64,000 nt of DNA from Gordius albopunctatus (Eukaryota), in assembly GCA_964276515.1 (NCBI GenBank), contig OZ193910.1, positions 7,192,001 to 7,256,000 of the forward strand, read 5' to 3'. Shown here piece after piece: positions 29,245 through 43,200 of the stretch. Below the pieces are notes generated by a model that was given only the letters and a program-made list of their open reading frames with translations, searched no databases and had not been told where the DNA came from. The translations under genes were made by a program, and so were the position numbers. Within the stretch, counting starts at the first letter, position 1, and every line of letters starts with the position of its first letter.

Positions 29245-32200
29245 ATTTTTTCAAGCTCTTTTACATAAAATAACAAAAATTATATTTTTTTAGCTCCGAA
29301 TAATTCACAATTTTTTCCTTTCAAATCATATTCATCCGATGAAGGTTGTTATTTTCAGACGTGATTTCCATGATAAAAAGTTAAAATTTATCAGAATTAG
29401 AGAACTATTACTTTGAAATCATCATCGCATAGAGAATGTTTCAAAAATTAAGCACTCACCTTGCGATACAACAAACTAATCGCAACAATATAACGTTGAC
29501 TTTTCTCAAAATGATTGTTCTCGCAACTTTAAACTTCTTATAAGGAGTCGATCGAGAATAATAGGATTCTCAAATTAGCTTATTTTTATATATTTTATCA
29601 AGCTCTTTTATATAAAATAATAAAAAATATATTATTTAGCTCCGAATAACTCACAATTTTTTCCATTCAACCATATTCATCCAATGAAAGTTTTATTTTC
29701 CGACCTGATTTCCATGATAAAAAGTTAAAATTTATCAGAATTAGAGAACTATTACTTTGAAATCATCCTCGCATAGAGCATGTTTCAAAAATTAAGCACT
29801 CACGTTGCGATACAACAAACTAATCGCAACAATATAACGTTGACTTTTCTCAAAATGATTGTTCTCGCAACTTTAAACTTCTTATAAGGAGTCGATCGAG
29901 AATAATAGGATTCTCAAATTAGCTTATTTTTATATATTTTATCAAGCTCTTTTATATAAAATAATAAAAAATATATTATTTAGCTCCGAATAACTCACAA
30001 TTTTTTCCTTTCAAATCATATTCATCCGATGAAGGTTGTTATTTTCAGACGTGATTTCCATGATAAAAAGTTAAAATTTATCAGAATTAGAGAACTATTA
30101 CTTTGAAATCATCATCGCATAGAGAATGTTTCAAAAATTAAGCACTCACCTTGCGATACAACAAACTAATCGCAACAATATAACGTTGACTTTTCTCAAA
30201 ATGATTGTTCTCGCAACTTTAAACTTCTTATAAGGAGTCGATCGAGAATAATAGGATTCTCAAATGAGCTTACTTTTAAATATTTTTTCAAGCTCTTTTA
30301 CATAAAATAACAAAAATTATATTTTTTTAGCTCCGAATAATTCACAATTTTTTCCTTTCAAATCATATTCATCCGATGAAAGTTGTTATTTTCAGACGTG
30401 ATTTCCATGATAAAAAGTTAAAATTTATCAGAATTAGAGAACTATTACTTTGAAATCATCATCGCATAGAGCATTTTTCAAAAATTAAGGACTCACGTTG
30501 CGATACAACAAACTAATCACAACAATATAACGTTGTCTTTTCTCAAAATGATTGTTCTCGCAGCTTAAAACTTCTAATAAGGAGTCGATCGAGAATAATA
30601 GGATTCTCAAATTAGCTTATTTTTATATATTTTATCAAGCTCTTTTATGTAAAATAATAAAAAATATATTATTTAGCTCCGAATAACTCACAATTTTTTC
30701 CATTCAACCATATTCATCCAATGAAAGTTTTATTTTCCGACCTGATTTCCATGATAAAAAGTTAAAATTTATCAGAATTAGAGAACTATTATTTGGAATC
30801 ATCATCGCATAGAGCATGTTTCAAAAATTAAGCAATCACTTTGCGATACAACAAACTAACCGCAACAATATAACGTTGTCTTTTCTCAAAATGATAGTTC
30901 TCGCAGCTTGAAACTTCTTATATGGAGTCGATCAAGAAAAATAGGATTCTCAAATTAGCTTACTTTTATATATTTTTTCAAGCTCTTTTACATAAAATAA
31001 CAAAAAATATATTTTTTCAGGTTAAAATAATTCACAATTTTTTCCTTTCAAACATATTCATCCGATGAAAGTTTTTATTTTCAGACGTGATTTCCATGAT
31101 AAAAAGTTAAATTTTATCAGAATTAGAGAACTATTACTTTGAAATCATCCTCGCATAGAGCATGTTTCAAAAATTAAGCACTCACGTTGCGATACAACAA
31201 ACTAATCGCAACAATATAACGTTGACTTTTCTCAAAATGATTGTTCTCGCAACTTTAAACTTCTTATAAGGAGTCGATCGAGAATAATAGGATTCTCAAA
31301 TTAGCTTATTTTTATATATTTTATCAAGCTCTTTTACATAAAATAACAAAAAATATATTTTTTCATGTTAAAATAATTCACAATTTTTTCCTTTCAACCA
31401 TATTCAACCGATAAAAGTTTTTATTTTCAGACGTGATTTCCTTGATAAAAAGTCAAAATTTATCAGAATTAGAAAACTATTACTTTTAAATCATCATCGC
31501 ATAGAGCATTTTTCAAAAATTAAGGACTCACGTTGCGATACAAGAAACGAATCGCAACAATATAACGTTCTCCTTTTCTCAAAATGATTGTTCTCGCAGC
31601 TTAAAAATTCTTATAAGGAGTCGATCGAGAATAATAGGATTCTCAAATGAGCTTACTTTTATATATTTTTTCAAGCTCTTTTATATAAAATAATAAAAAA
31701 TATATTATTTAGCTCCGTATAACTCACAATTTTTTCCATTCAACCATATTCATCCAATGAAAGTTTTATTTTCAGACGTGATTTCCATGATAAAAAGTTA
31801 AAATTTATCAGAATTAGAGAACTATTACTTTGAAATCATCCTCGCATAGAGCATGTTTCAAAAATTAAGCACTCACGTTGCGATACAACAAACTAATCGC
31901 AACAATATAACGTTGTCTTTTCTCAAAATGATTGTTCTCGCAACTTTAAACTTCTTATAAGGAGTCGATCGAGAATAATAGGATTCTCAAATTAGCTTAT
32001 TTTTATATATTTTATCAAGCTCTTTTATATAAAATAATAAAAAATATATTATTTAGCTCCGAATAACTCACAATTTTTTCCATTCAACCATATTCATCCA
32101 ATGAAAGTTTTATTTTCCGAACTGATTTCCATGATAAAAAGTTAAAATTTATCAGAATTAGAGAACTATTATTTGAAATCATCATCGCATAGAGCATGTT

Positions 32201-35200
32201 TCAAAAATTAAGCAATCACTTTGCGATACAACAAACTAATCGCAACAATATAACGTTGTCTTTTCTCAAAATGATAGTTCTCGCAGCTTGAAACTTCTTA
32301 TATGGAGTCGATCAAGAAAAATAGGATTCTCAAATTAGCTTACTTTTATATATTTTTTCAAGCTCTTTTACATAAAATAACAAAAAATATATTTTTTCAG
32401 GTTAAAATAATTCACAATTTTTTGCTTTCAAACATATTCATCCGATGAAAGTTTTTATTTTCAGACGTGATTTCCATGATAAAAAGTTAAATTTTATCAG
32501 AATTAGAGAACTATTACTTTGAAATCATCCTCGCATAGAGCATGTTTCAAAAATTAAGCACTCACGTTGCGATACAACAAACTAATCGCAACAATATAAC
32601 GTTGACTTTTCTCAAAATGATTGTTCTGGCAGCTTAAAAATTCTTATAAGGAGTCGATCGAGAATAATAGGATTCTCAAATGAGCTTACTTTTATATATT
32701 TTTTCAAGCTCTTTTACATAAAATAACAAAAAATATATTTTTTCAGGTTAAAATAATTCACAATTTTTTCCATTCAACCATATTCATCCAATGAAAGTTT
32801 TATTTTATGACCTGATTTCCATGATAAAAAGTTAAAATTTATCAGAATTAGAGAACTATTACTTTGAAATCATCATCGCATAGAGCATGTTTGAAAAATT
32901 AAGAAGTCACGTTGCGATACAACAAACTAATCGCAACAATATAACGTTGTCTTTTCTCAAAATGATAGTTCTCGCCGCTTGAAACTTCTTATATGGAGTC
33001 GATCGAGAATAATAGGATTCTCAAATTAGCTTACTTTTATATATTTTATCAAGCTCTTTTACATAAAATAACAAAAATTATATTTTTTTAGCTCCGAATA
33101 ATTCACAATTTTTTCCTTTCAAATCATATTCATCCGATGAAAGTTGTTATTTTCAGACGTGATTTCCATGATAAAAAGTTAAAATTTATCAGAATTAGAG
33201 AACTATTACTTTGAAATCATCATCGCATAGAGAATGTTTCAAAAATTAAGCACTCACCTTGCGATACAACAAACTAATCGCAACAATATAACGTTGACTT
33301 TTCTCAAAATGATTGTTCTCGCAACTTTAAACTTCTTATAAGGAGTCGATCGAGAATAATAGGATTCTCAAATTAGCTTATTTTTATATATTTTTTCAAG
33401 CTCTTTTACATAAAATAACAAAAATTATATTTTTTTAGCTCCGAATAATTCACAATTTTTTCCTTTCAAATCATATTCATCCGATGAAGGTTGTTATTTT
33501 CAGACGTGATTTCCATGATAAAAAGTTAAAATTTATCAGAATTAGAGAACTATTACTTTGAAATCATCATCGCATAGAGAATGTTTCAAAAATTAAGCAC
33601 TCACCTTGCGATACAACAAACTAATCGCAACAATATAACGTTGACTTTTCTCAAAATGATTGTTCTCGCAACTTTAAACTTCTTATAAGGAGTCGATCGA
33701 GAATAATAGGATTCTCAAATTAGCTTATTTTTATATATTTTATCAAGCTCTTTTATATAAAATAATAAAAAATATATTATTTAGCTCCGAATAACTCACA
33801 ATTTTTTCCATTCAACCATATTCATCCAATGAAAGTTTTATTTTCCGACCTGATTTCCATGATAAAAAGTTAAAATTTATCAGAATTAGAGAACTATTAC
33901 TTTGAAATCATCCTCGCATAGAGCATGTTTCAAAAATTAAGCACTCACGTTGCGATACAACAAACTAATCGCAACAATATAACGTTGACTTTTCTCAAAA
34001 TGATTGTTCTCGCAACTTTAAACTTCTTATAAGGAGTCGATCGAGAATAATAGGATTCTCAAATTAGCTTATTTTTATATATTTTATCAAGCTCTTTTAT
34101 ATAAAATAATAAAAAATATATTATTTAGCTCCGAATAACTCACAATTTTTTCCTTTCAAATCATATTCATCCGATGAAGGTTGTTATTTTCAGACGTGAT
34201 TTCCATGATAAAAAGTTAAAATTTATCAGAATTAGAGAACTATTACTTTGAAATCATCATCGCATAGAGAATGTTTCAAAAATTAAGCACTCACCTTGCG
34301 ATACAACAAACTAATCGCAACAATATAACGTTGACTTTTCTCAAAATGATTGTTCTCGCAACTTTAAACTTCTTATAAGGAGTCGATCGAGAATAATAGG
34401 ATTCTCAAATGAGCTTACTTTTAAATATTTTTTCAAGCTCTTTTACATAAAATAACAAAAATTATATTTTTTTAGCTCCGAATAATTCACAATTTTTTCC
34501 TTTCAAATCATATTCATCCGATGAAAGTTGTTATTTTCAGACGTGATTTCCATGATAAAAAGTTAAAATTTATCAGAATTAGAGAACTATTACTTTGAAA
34601 TCATCATCGCATAGAGCATTTTTCAAAAATTAAGGACTCACGTTGCGATACAACAAACTAATCACAACAATATAACGTTGTCTTTTCTCAAAATGATTGT
34701 TCTCGCAGCTTAAAACTTCTAATAAGGAGTCGATCGAGAATAATAGGATTCTCAAATTAGCTTATTTTTATATATTTTATCAAGCTCTTTTATGTAAAAT
34801 AATAAAAAATATATTATTTAGCTCCGAATAACTCACAATTTTTTCCATTCAACCATATTCATCCAATGAAAGTTTTATTTTCCGACCTGATTTCCATGAT
34901 AAAAAGTTAAAATTTATCAGAATTAGAGAACTATTATTTGGAATCATCATCGCATAGAGCATGTTTCAAAAATTAAGCAATCACTTTGCGATACAACAAA
35001 CTAACCGCAACAATATAACGTTGTCTTTTCTCAAAATGATAGTTCTCGCAGCTTGAAACTTCTTATATGGAGTCGATCAAGAAAAATAGGATTCTCAAAT
35101 TAGCTTACTTTTATATATTTTTTCAAGCTCTTTTACATAAAATAACAAAAAATATATTTTTTCAGGTTAAAATAATTCACAATTTTTTCCTTTCAAACAT

Positions 35201-37280
35201 ATTCATCCGATGAAAGTTTTTATTTTCAGACGTGATTTCCATGATAAAAAGTTAAATTTTATCAGAATTAGAGAACTATTACTTTGAAATCATCCTCGCA
35301 TAGAGCATGTTTCAAAAATTAAGCACTCACGTTGCGATACAACAAACTAATCGCAACAATATAACGTTGACTTTTCTCAAAATGATTGTTCTCGCAACTT
35401 TAAACTTCTTATAAGGAGTCGATCGAGAATAATAGGATTCTCAAATGAGCTTACTTTTAAATATTTTTTCAAGCTCTTTTACATAAAATAACAAAAATTA
35501 TATTTTTTTAGCTCCGAATAATTCACAATTTTTTCCTTTCAAATCATATTCATCCGATGAAGGTTGTTATTTTCAGACGTGATTTCCATGATAAAAAGTT
35601 AAAATTTATCAGAATTAGAGAACTATTACTTTGAAATCATCATCGCATAGAGAATGTTTCAAAAATTAAGCACTCACCTTGCGATACAACAAACTAATCG
35701 CAACAATATAACGTTGACTTTTCTCAAAATGATTGTTCTCGCAACTTTAAACTTCTTATAAGGAGTCGATCGAGAATAATAGGATTCTCAAATTAGCTTA
35801 TTTTTATATATTTTATCAAGCTCTTTTATATAAAATAATAAAAAATATATTATTTAGCTCCGTATAACTCACAATTTTTTCCATTCAACCATATTCATCC
35901 AATGAAAGTTTTATTTTCAGACGTGATTTCCATGATAAAAAGTTAAAATTTATCAGAATTAGAGAACTATTACTTTGAAATCATCCTCGCATAGAGCATG
36001 TTTCAAAAATTAAGCACTCACGTTGCGATACAACAAACTAATCGCAACAATATAACGTTGTCTTTTCTCAAAATGATTGTTCTCGCAACTTTAAACTTCT
36101 TATAAGGAGTCGATCGAGAATAATAGGATTCTCAAATTAGCTTATTTTTATATATTTTATCAAGCTCTTTTATATAAAATAATAAAAAATATATTATTTA
36201 GCTCCGAATAACTCACAATTTTTTCCATTCAACCATATTCATCCAATGAAAGTTTTATTTTCCGAACTGATTTCCATGATAAAAAGTTAAAATTTATCAG
36301 AATTAGAGAACTATTATTTGAAATCATCATCGCATAGAGCATGTTTCAAAAATTAAGCAATCACTTTGCGATACAACAAACTAATCGCAACAATATAACG
36401 TTGTCTTTTCTCAAAATGATAGTTCTCGCAGCTTGAAACTTCTTATATGGAGTCGATCAAGAAAAATAGGATTCTCAAATTAGCTTACTTTTATATATTT
36501 TTTCAAGCTCTTTTACATAAAATAACAAAAAATATATTTTTTCAGGTTAAAATAATTCACAATTTTTTGCTTTCAAACATATTCATCCGATGAAAGTTTT
36601 TATTTTCAGACGTGATTTCCATGATAAAAAGTTAAATTTTATCAGAATTAGAGAACTATTACTTTGAAATCATCCTCGCATAGAGCATGTTTCAAAAATT
36701 AAGCACTCACGTTGCGATACAACAAACTAATCGCAACAATATAACGTTGACTTTTCTCAAAATGATTGTTCTGGCAGCTTAAAAATTCTTATAAGGAGTC
36801 GATCGAGAATAATAGGATTCTCAAATGAGCTTACTTTTATATATTTTTTCAAGCTCTTTTACATAAAATAACAAAAAATATATTTTTTCAGGTTAAAATA
36901 ATTCACAATTTTTTCCATTCAACCATATTCATCCAATGAAAGTTTTATTTTATGACCTGATTTCCATGATAAAAAGTTAAAATTTATCAGAATTAGAGAA
37001 CTATTACTTTGAAATCATCATCGCATAGAGCATGTTTGAAAAATTAAGAAGTCACGTTGCGATACAACAAACTAATCGCAACAATATAACGTTGTCTTTT
37101 CTCAAAATGATAGTTCTCGCCGCTTGAAACTTCTTATATGGAGTCGATCGAGAATAATAGGATTCTCAAATTAGCTTACTTTTATATATTTTATCAAGCT
37201 CTTTTACATAAAATAACAAAAATTATATTTTTTTAGCTCCGAATAATTCACAATTTTTTCCTTTCAAATCATATTCATCC
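29245..37280. repeat. 12-monomer tandem duplication (4145 bp offset)
   Basis: tatgtaaaat at 30646/34791 and tagagcatgtttgaaaaattaagaagtc at 32881/37026. Monomer starts 29398/33543 also match. Confidence 0.85.
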
Positions 37281-40200
37281 CATGAAAGTTGTTATTTTCA
37301 GACGTGATTTCCATGATAAAAAGTTAAAATTTATCAGAATTAGAGAACTATTACTTTGAAATCATCATCGCATAGAGAATGTTTAAAATTAAGCACTCAC
37401 GTTGCGATACAACAAACTAATCGCACCAATATAACGTTGACTTTTCTCAAAATGATTGTTCTCGTAGCTTGAAACTTCTTATAAGGAGTCGATCGAGAAT
37501 AATAGGATTCTCAAATTAGCTTATTTTTATATATTTTATCAAGCTCTTTTATATAAAATAATAAAAAATATATTATTTAGCTCCGAATAACTGACAATTT
37601 TTTCCATTCAACCATATTCATCCAATGAAAGTTTTATTTTCAGACGTGATTTCCATGATAAAAAGTTAAATTTTATCAGAATTAGAGAACTATTACTTTG
37701 AAATCATCATCGCATAGAGCATGTTTCAAAAATTCAGCACTCACGTTGCGATACAACAAACTAATCGCAACAATATAACGTTGACTTTTCTCAAAATGAT
37801 TGTTCTCGCAACTTTAAACTTCTAATAAGGAGTCGATCGAGAATAATAGGATTCTCAAATGAGCTTACTTTTAAATATTTTTTCAAGCTCTTTTACATAA
37901 AATAACAAAAATTATATTTTTTAGCTCCGAATAATTCACAATTTTTTGCTTTCAAATCATATTCATCCGATGAAAGTTGTTATTTTCAGACGTGATTTCC
38001 ATGATAAAAAGTTAAAATTTATCAGAATTAGAGAACTATTACTTTGAAATCATCATCGCATAGAGAATGTTTCAAAAATTAAGCACTCACCTTGCGATAC
38101 AACAAACTAATCGCAACAATATAACGTTGACTTTTCTCAAAATGATTGTTCTCGCAGCTTGAAACATCTTATAAGGAGTCGATCGAGAATAATAGGATTC
38201 TCAAATTAGCTTATTTTTATATATTTTATCAAGCTCTTTTATATAAAATAATAAAAAATATATTATTTAGCTCCGAATAACTGACAATTTTTTCCATTCA
38301 ACCATATTCATCCAATGAAAGTTTTATTTTATGACCTGATTTCCATGATAAAAAGTTAAAATTTATCAGAATTAGAGAACTATTACTTTGAAATCATCAT
38401 CGCATAGAGCATGTTTGAAAAATTAAGAAGTCACGTTGCGATACAACAAACTAATCGCAACAATATAACGTTGTCTTTTCTCAAAATGATAGTTCTCGCC
38501 GCTTGAAACTTCTTATATGGAGTCGATCGAGAATAATAGGATTCTCAAATTAGCTTACTTTTATATATTTTATCAAGCTCTTTTACATAAAATAACAAAA
38601 ATTATATTTTTTTAGCTCCGAATAATTCACAATTTTTTCCTTTCAAATCATATTCATCCGATGAAAGTTGTTATTTTCAGACGTGATTTCCATGATAAAA
38701 AGTTAAAATTTATCAGAATTAGAGAACTATTACTTTGAAATCATCATCGCATAGAGAATGTTTCAAAAATTAAGCACTCACCTTGCGATACAACAAACTA
38801 ATCGCAACAATATAACGTTGACTTTTCTCAAAATGATTGTTCTCGCAGCTTGAAACATCTTATAAGGAGTCGATCGAGAATAATAGGATTCTCAAATTAG
38901 CTTACTTTTATATATTTTATCAAGCTCTTTTACATAAAATAACAAAAAATATATTTTTTAGGTTAAAATAATTCACAATTTTTTTCTTTCAACCATATTC
39001 AACCGATGAAAGTTGTTATTTTCAGACGTGATTTCCATGATAAAAAGTTAAAATTTATCAGAATTAGAGAACCATTACTTTTAAATCATCATCGCATAGA
39101 GCATGTTTCAAAAATAAAGCACTAACGTTGCGATACAACTAACTAATCGCAACAATATAACGTTGTATTTTCTCAAAATGATTGTTCTCGCAGCTTAAAA
39201 CTTCTTTCTGAAGTCAATCGAGGATAAAAGGTTTCTCAAATTGGCTTACTTTAATATATTTTTTCAAGCTCTTTTACATAAAATAACAAAAAATATATTT
39301 TTTCAGGATAAAATAATTCACAATTTTTTCCTTTCAACCATATTCAACCGATGAAAGTTGTTATTTTCAGACGTGATTTCCATGATAAAAAGTTAAAATT
39401 TATCAGAATTAGAGAACCATTACTTTTAAATCATCATCGCATAGAGCATGTTTCAAAAATTAAGCACTAACGTTGCGATACAACTAACTAATCGCAACAA
39501 TATAACGTTGTCTTTTCTCAAAATGATTGTTCTCGCAGCTTAAAACTTCTTATAAGGAGTCGATCGAGATTAATAGGATTCTCAAATCAGCTTACTTTTA
39601 TATATTTTTTCAAGCTCTTTTATGTAAAATAATAAAAAATATATTATTTAGCTCCGAATAACTCACAATTTTTTCCATTCAACCATATTCATCCAATGAA
39701 AGTTTTATTTTCCGACCTGATTTCCATGATAAAAAGTTAAAATTTATCAGAATTAGAGAACTATTATTTGGAATCATCATCGCATAGAGCATGTTTCAAA
39801 AATTAAGCAATCACTTTGCGATACAACAAACTAACCGCAACAATATAACGTTGTCTTTTCTCAAAATGATAGTTCTCGCAGCTTGAAACTTCTTATATGG
39901 AGTCGATCAAGAAAAATAGGATTCTCAAATTAGCTTACTTTTATATATTTTTTCAAGCTCTTTTACATAAAATAACAAAAAATATATTTTTTCAGGTTAA
40001 AATAATTCACAATTTTTTCCTTTCAAACATATTCATCCGATGAAAGTTTTTATTTTCAGACGTGATTTCCATGATAAAAAGTTAAATTTTATCAGAATTA
40101 GAGAACTATTACTTTGAAATCATCCTCGCATAGAGCATGTTTCAAAAATTAAGCACTCACGTTGCGATACAACAAACTAATCGCAACAATATAACGTTGA

Positions 40201-43200
40201 CTTTTCTCAAAATGATTGTTCTCGCAACTTTAAACTTCTTATAAGGAGTCGATCGAGAATAATAGGATTCTCAAATTAGCTTATTTTTATATATTTTATC
40301 AAGCTCTTTTACATAAAATAACAAAAAATATATTTTTTCATGTTAAAATAATTCACAATTTTTTCCTTTCAACCATATTCAACCGATAAAAGTTTTTATT
40401 TTCAGACGTGATTTCCTTGATAAAAAGTCAAAATTTATCAGAATTAGAAAACTATTACTTTTAAATCATCATCGCATAGAGCATTTTTCAAAAATTAAGG
40501 ACTCACGTTGCGATACAAGAAACGAATCGCAACAATATAACGTTCTCCTTTTCTCAAAATGATTGTTCTCGCAGCTTAAAAATTCTTATAAGGAGTCGAT
40601 CGAGAATAATAGGATTCTCAAATGAGCTTACTTTTATATATTTTTTCAAGCTCTTTTATATAAAATAATAAAAAATATATTATTTAGCTCCGTATAACTC
40701 ACAATTTTTTCCATTCAACCATATTCATCCAATGAAAGTTTTATTTTCAGACGTGATTTCCATGATAAAAAGTTAAAATTTATCAGAATTAGAGAACTAT
40801 TACTTTGAAATCATCCTCGCATAGAGCATGTTTCAAAAATTAAGCACTCACGTTGCGATACAACAAACTAATCGCAACAATATAACGTTGTCTTTTCTCA
40901 AAATGATTGTTCTCGCAACTTTAAACTTCTTATAAGGAGTCGATCGAGAATAATAGGATTCTCAAATTAGCTTATTTTTATATATTTTATCAAGCTCTTT
41001 TATATAAAATAATAAAAAATATATTATTTAGCTCCGAATAACTCACAATTTTTTCCATTCAACCATATTCATCCAATGAAAGTTTTATTTTCCGAACTGA
41101 TTTCCATGATAAAAAGTTAAAATTTATCAGAATTAGAGAACTATTATTTGAAATCATCATCGCATAGAGCATGTTTCAAAAATTAAGCAATCACTTTGCG
41201 ATACAACAAACTAATCGCAACAATATAACGTTGTCTTTTCTCAAAATGATAGTTCTCGCAGCTTGAAACTTCTTATATGGAGTCGATCAAGAAAAATAGG
41301 ATTCTCAAATTAGCTTACTTTTATATATTTTTTCAAGCTCTTTTACATAAAATAACAAAAAATATATTTTTTCAGGTTAAAATAATTCACAATTTTTTGC
41401 TTTCAAACATATTCATCCGATGAAAGTTTTTATTTTCAGACGTGATTTCCATGATAAAAAGTTAAATTTTATCAGAATTAGAGAACTATTACTTTGAAAT
41501 CATCCTCGCATAGAGCATGTTTCAAAAATTAAGCACTCACGTTGCGATACAACAAACTAATCGCAACAATATAACGTTGACTTTTCTCAAAATGATTGTT
41601 CTGGCAGCTTAAAAATTCTTATAAGGAGTCGATCGAGAATAATAGGATTCTCAAATGAGCTTACTTTTATATATTTTTTCAAGCTCTTTTACATAAAATA
41701 ACAAAAAATATATTTTTTCAGGTTAAAATAATTCACAATTTTTTCCATTCAACCATATTCATCCAATGAAAGTTTTATTTTATGACCTGATTTCCATGAT
41801 AAAAAGTTAAAATTTATCAGAATTAGAGAACTATTACTTTGAAATCATCATCGCATAGAGCATGTTTGAAAAATTAAGAAGTCACGTTGCGATACAACAA
41901 ACTAATCGCAACAATATAACGTTGTCTTTTCTCAAAATGATAGTTCTCGCCGCTTGAAACTTCTTATATGGAGTCGATCGAGAATAATAGGATTCTCAAA
42001 TTAGCTTACTTTTATATATTTTATCAAGCTCTTTTACATAAAATAACAAAAATTATATTTTTTTAGCTCCGAATAATTCACAATTTTTTCCTTTCAAATC
42101 ATATTCATCCCATGAAAGTTGTTATTTTCAGACGTGATTTCCATGATAAAAAGTTAAAATTTATCAGAATTAGAGAACTATTACTTTGAAATCATCATCG
42201 CATAGAGAATGTTTAAAATTAAGCACTCACGTTGCGATACAACAAACTAATCGCACCAATATAACGTTGACTTTTCTCAAAATGATTGTTCTCGTAGCTT
42301 GAAACTTCTTATAAGGAGTCGATCGAGAATAATAGGATTCTCAAATTAGCTTATTTTTATATATTTTATCAAGCTCTTTTATATAAAATAATAAAAAATA
42401 TATTATTTAGCTCCGAATAACTGACAATTTTTTCCATTCAACCATATTCATCCAATGAAAGTTTTATTTTCAGACGTGATTTCCATGATAAAAAGTTAAA
42501 TTTTATCAGAATTAGAGAACTATTACTTTGAAATCATCATCGCATAGAGCATGTTTCAAAAATTCAGCACTCACGTTGCGATACAACAAACTAATCGCAA
42601 CAATATAACGTTGACTTTTCTCAAAATGATTGTTCTCGCAACTTTAAACTTCTAATAAGGAGTCGATCGAGAATAATAGGATTCTCAAATGAGCTTACTT
42701 TTAAATATTTTTTCAAGCTCTTTTACATAAAATAACAAAAATTATATTTTTTAGCTCCGAATAATTCACAATTTTTTGCTTTCAAATCATATTCATCCGA
42801 TGAAAGTTGTTATTTTCAGACGTGATTTCCATGATAAAAAGTTAAAATTTATCAGAATTAGAGAACTATTACTTTGAAATCATCATCGCATAGAGAATGT
42901 TTCAAAAATTAAGCACTCACCTTGCGATACAACAAACTAATCGCAACAATATAACGTTGACTTTTCTCAAAATGATTGTTCTCGCAGCTTGAAACATCTT
43001 ATAAGGAGTCGATCGAGAATAATAGGATTCTCAAATTAGCTTATTTTTATATATTTTATCAAGCTCTTTTATATAAAATAATAAAAAATATATTATTTAG
43101 CTCCGAATAACTGACAATTTTTTCCATTCAACCATATTCATCCAATGAAAGTTTTATTTTATGACCTGATTTCCATGATAAAAAGTTAAAATTTATCAGA

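Larger units (their letters stand above)
1..30640. repeat. Subfamily A domain (highly homogeneous monomers)
   Basis: Diagnostic states are gaactattactttgaaa, agcactcac, caacaaactaa, gagaataatagg, ttagctccg and ttcatcc. Monomers differ mostly by reassortment of a small set of shared variants. Confidence 0.9.
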
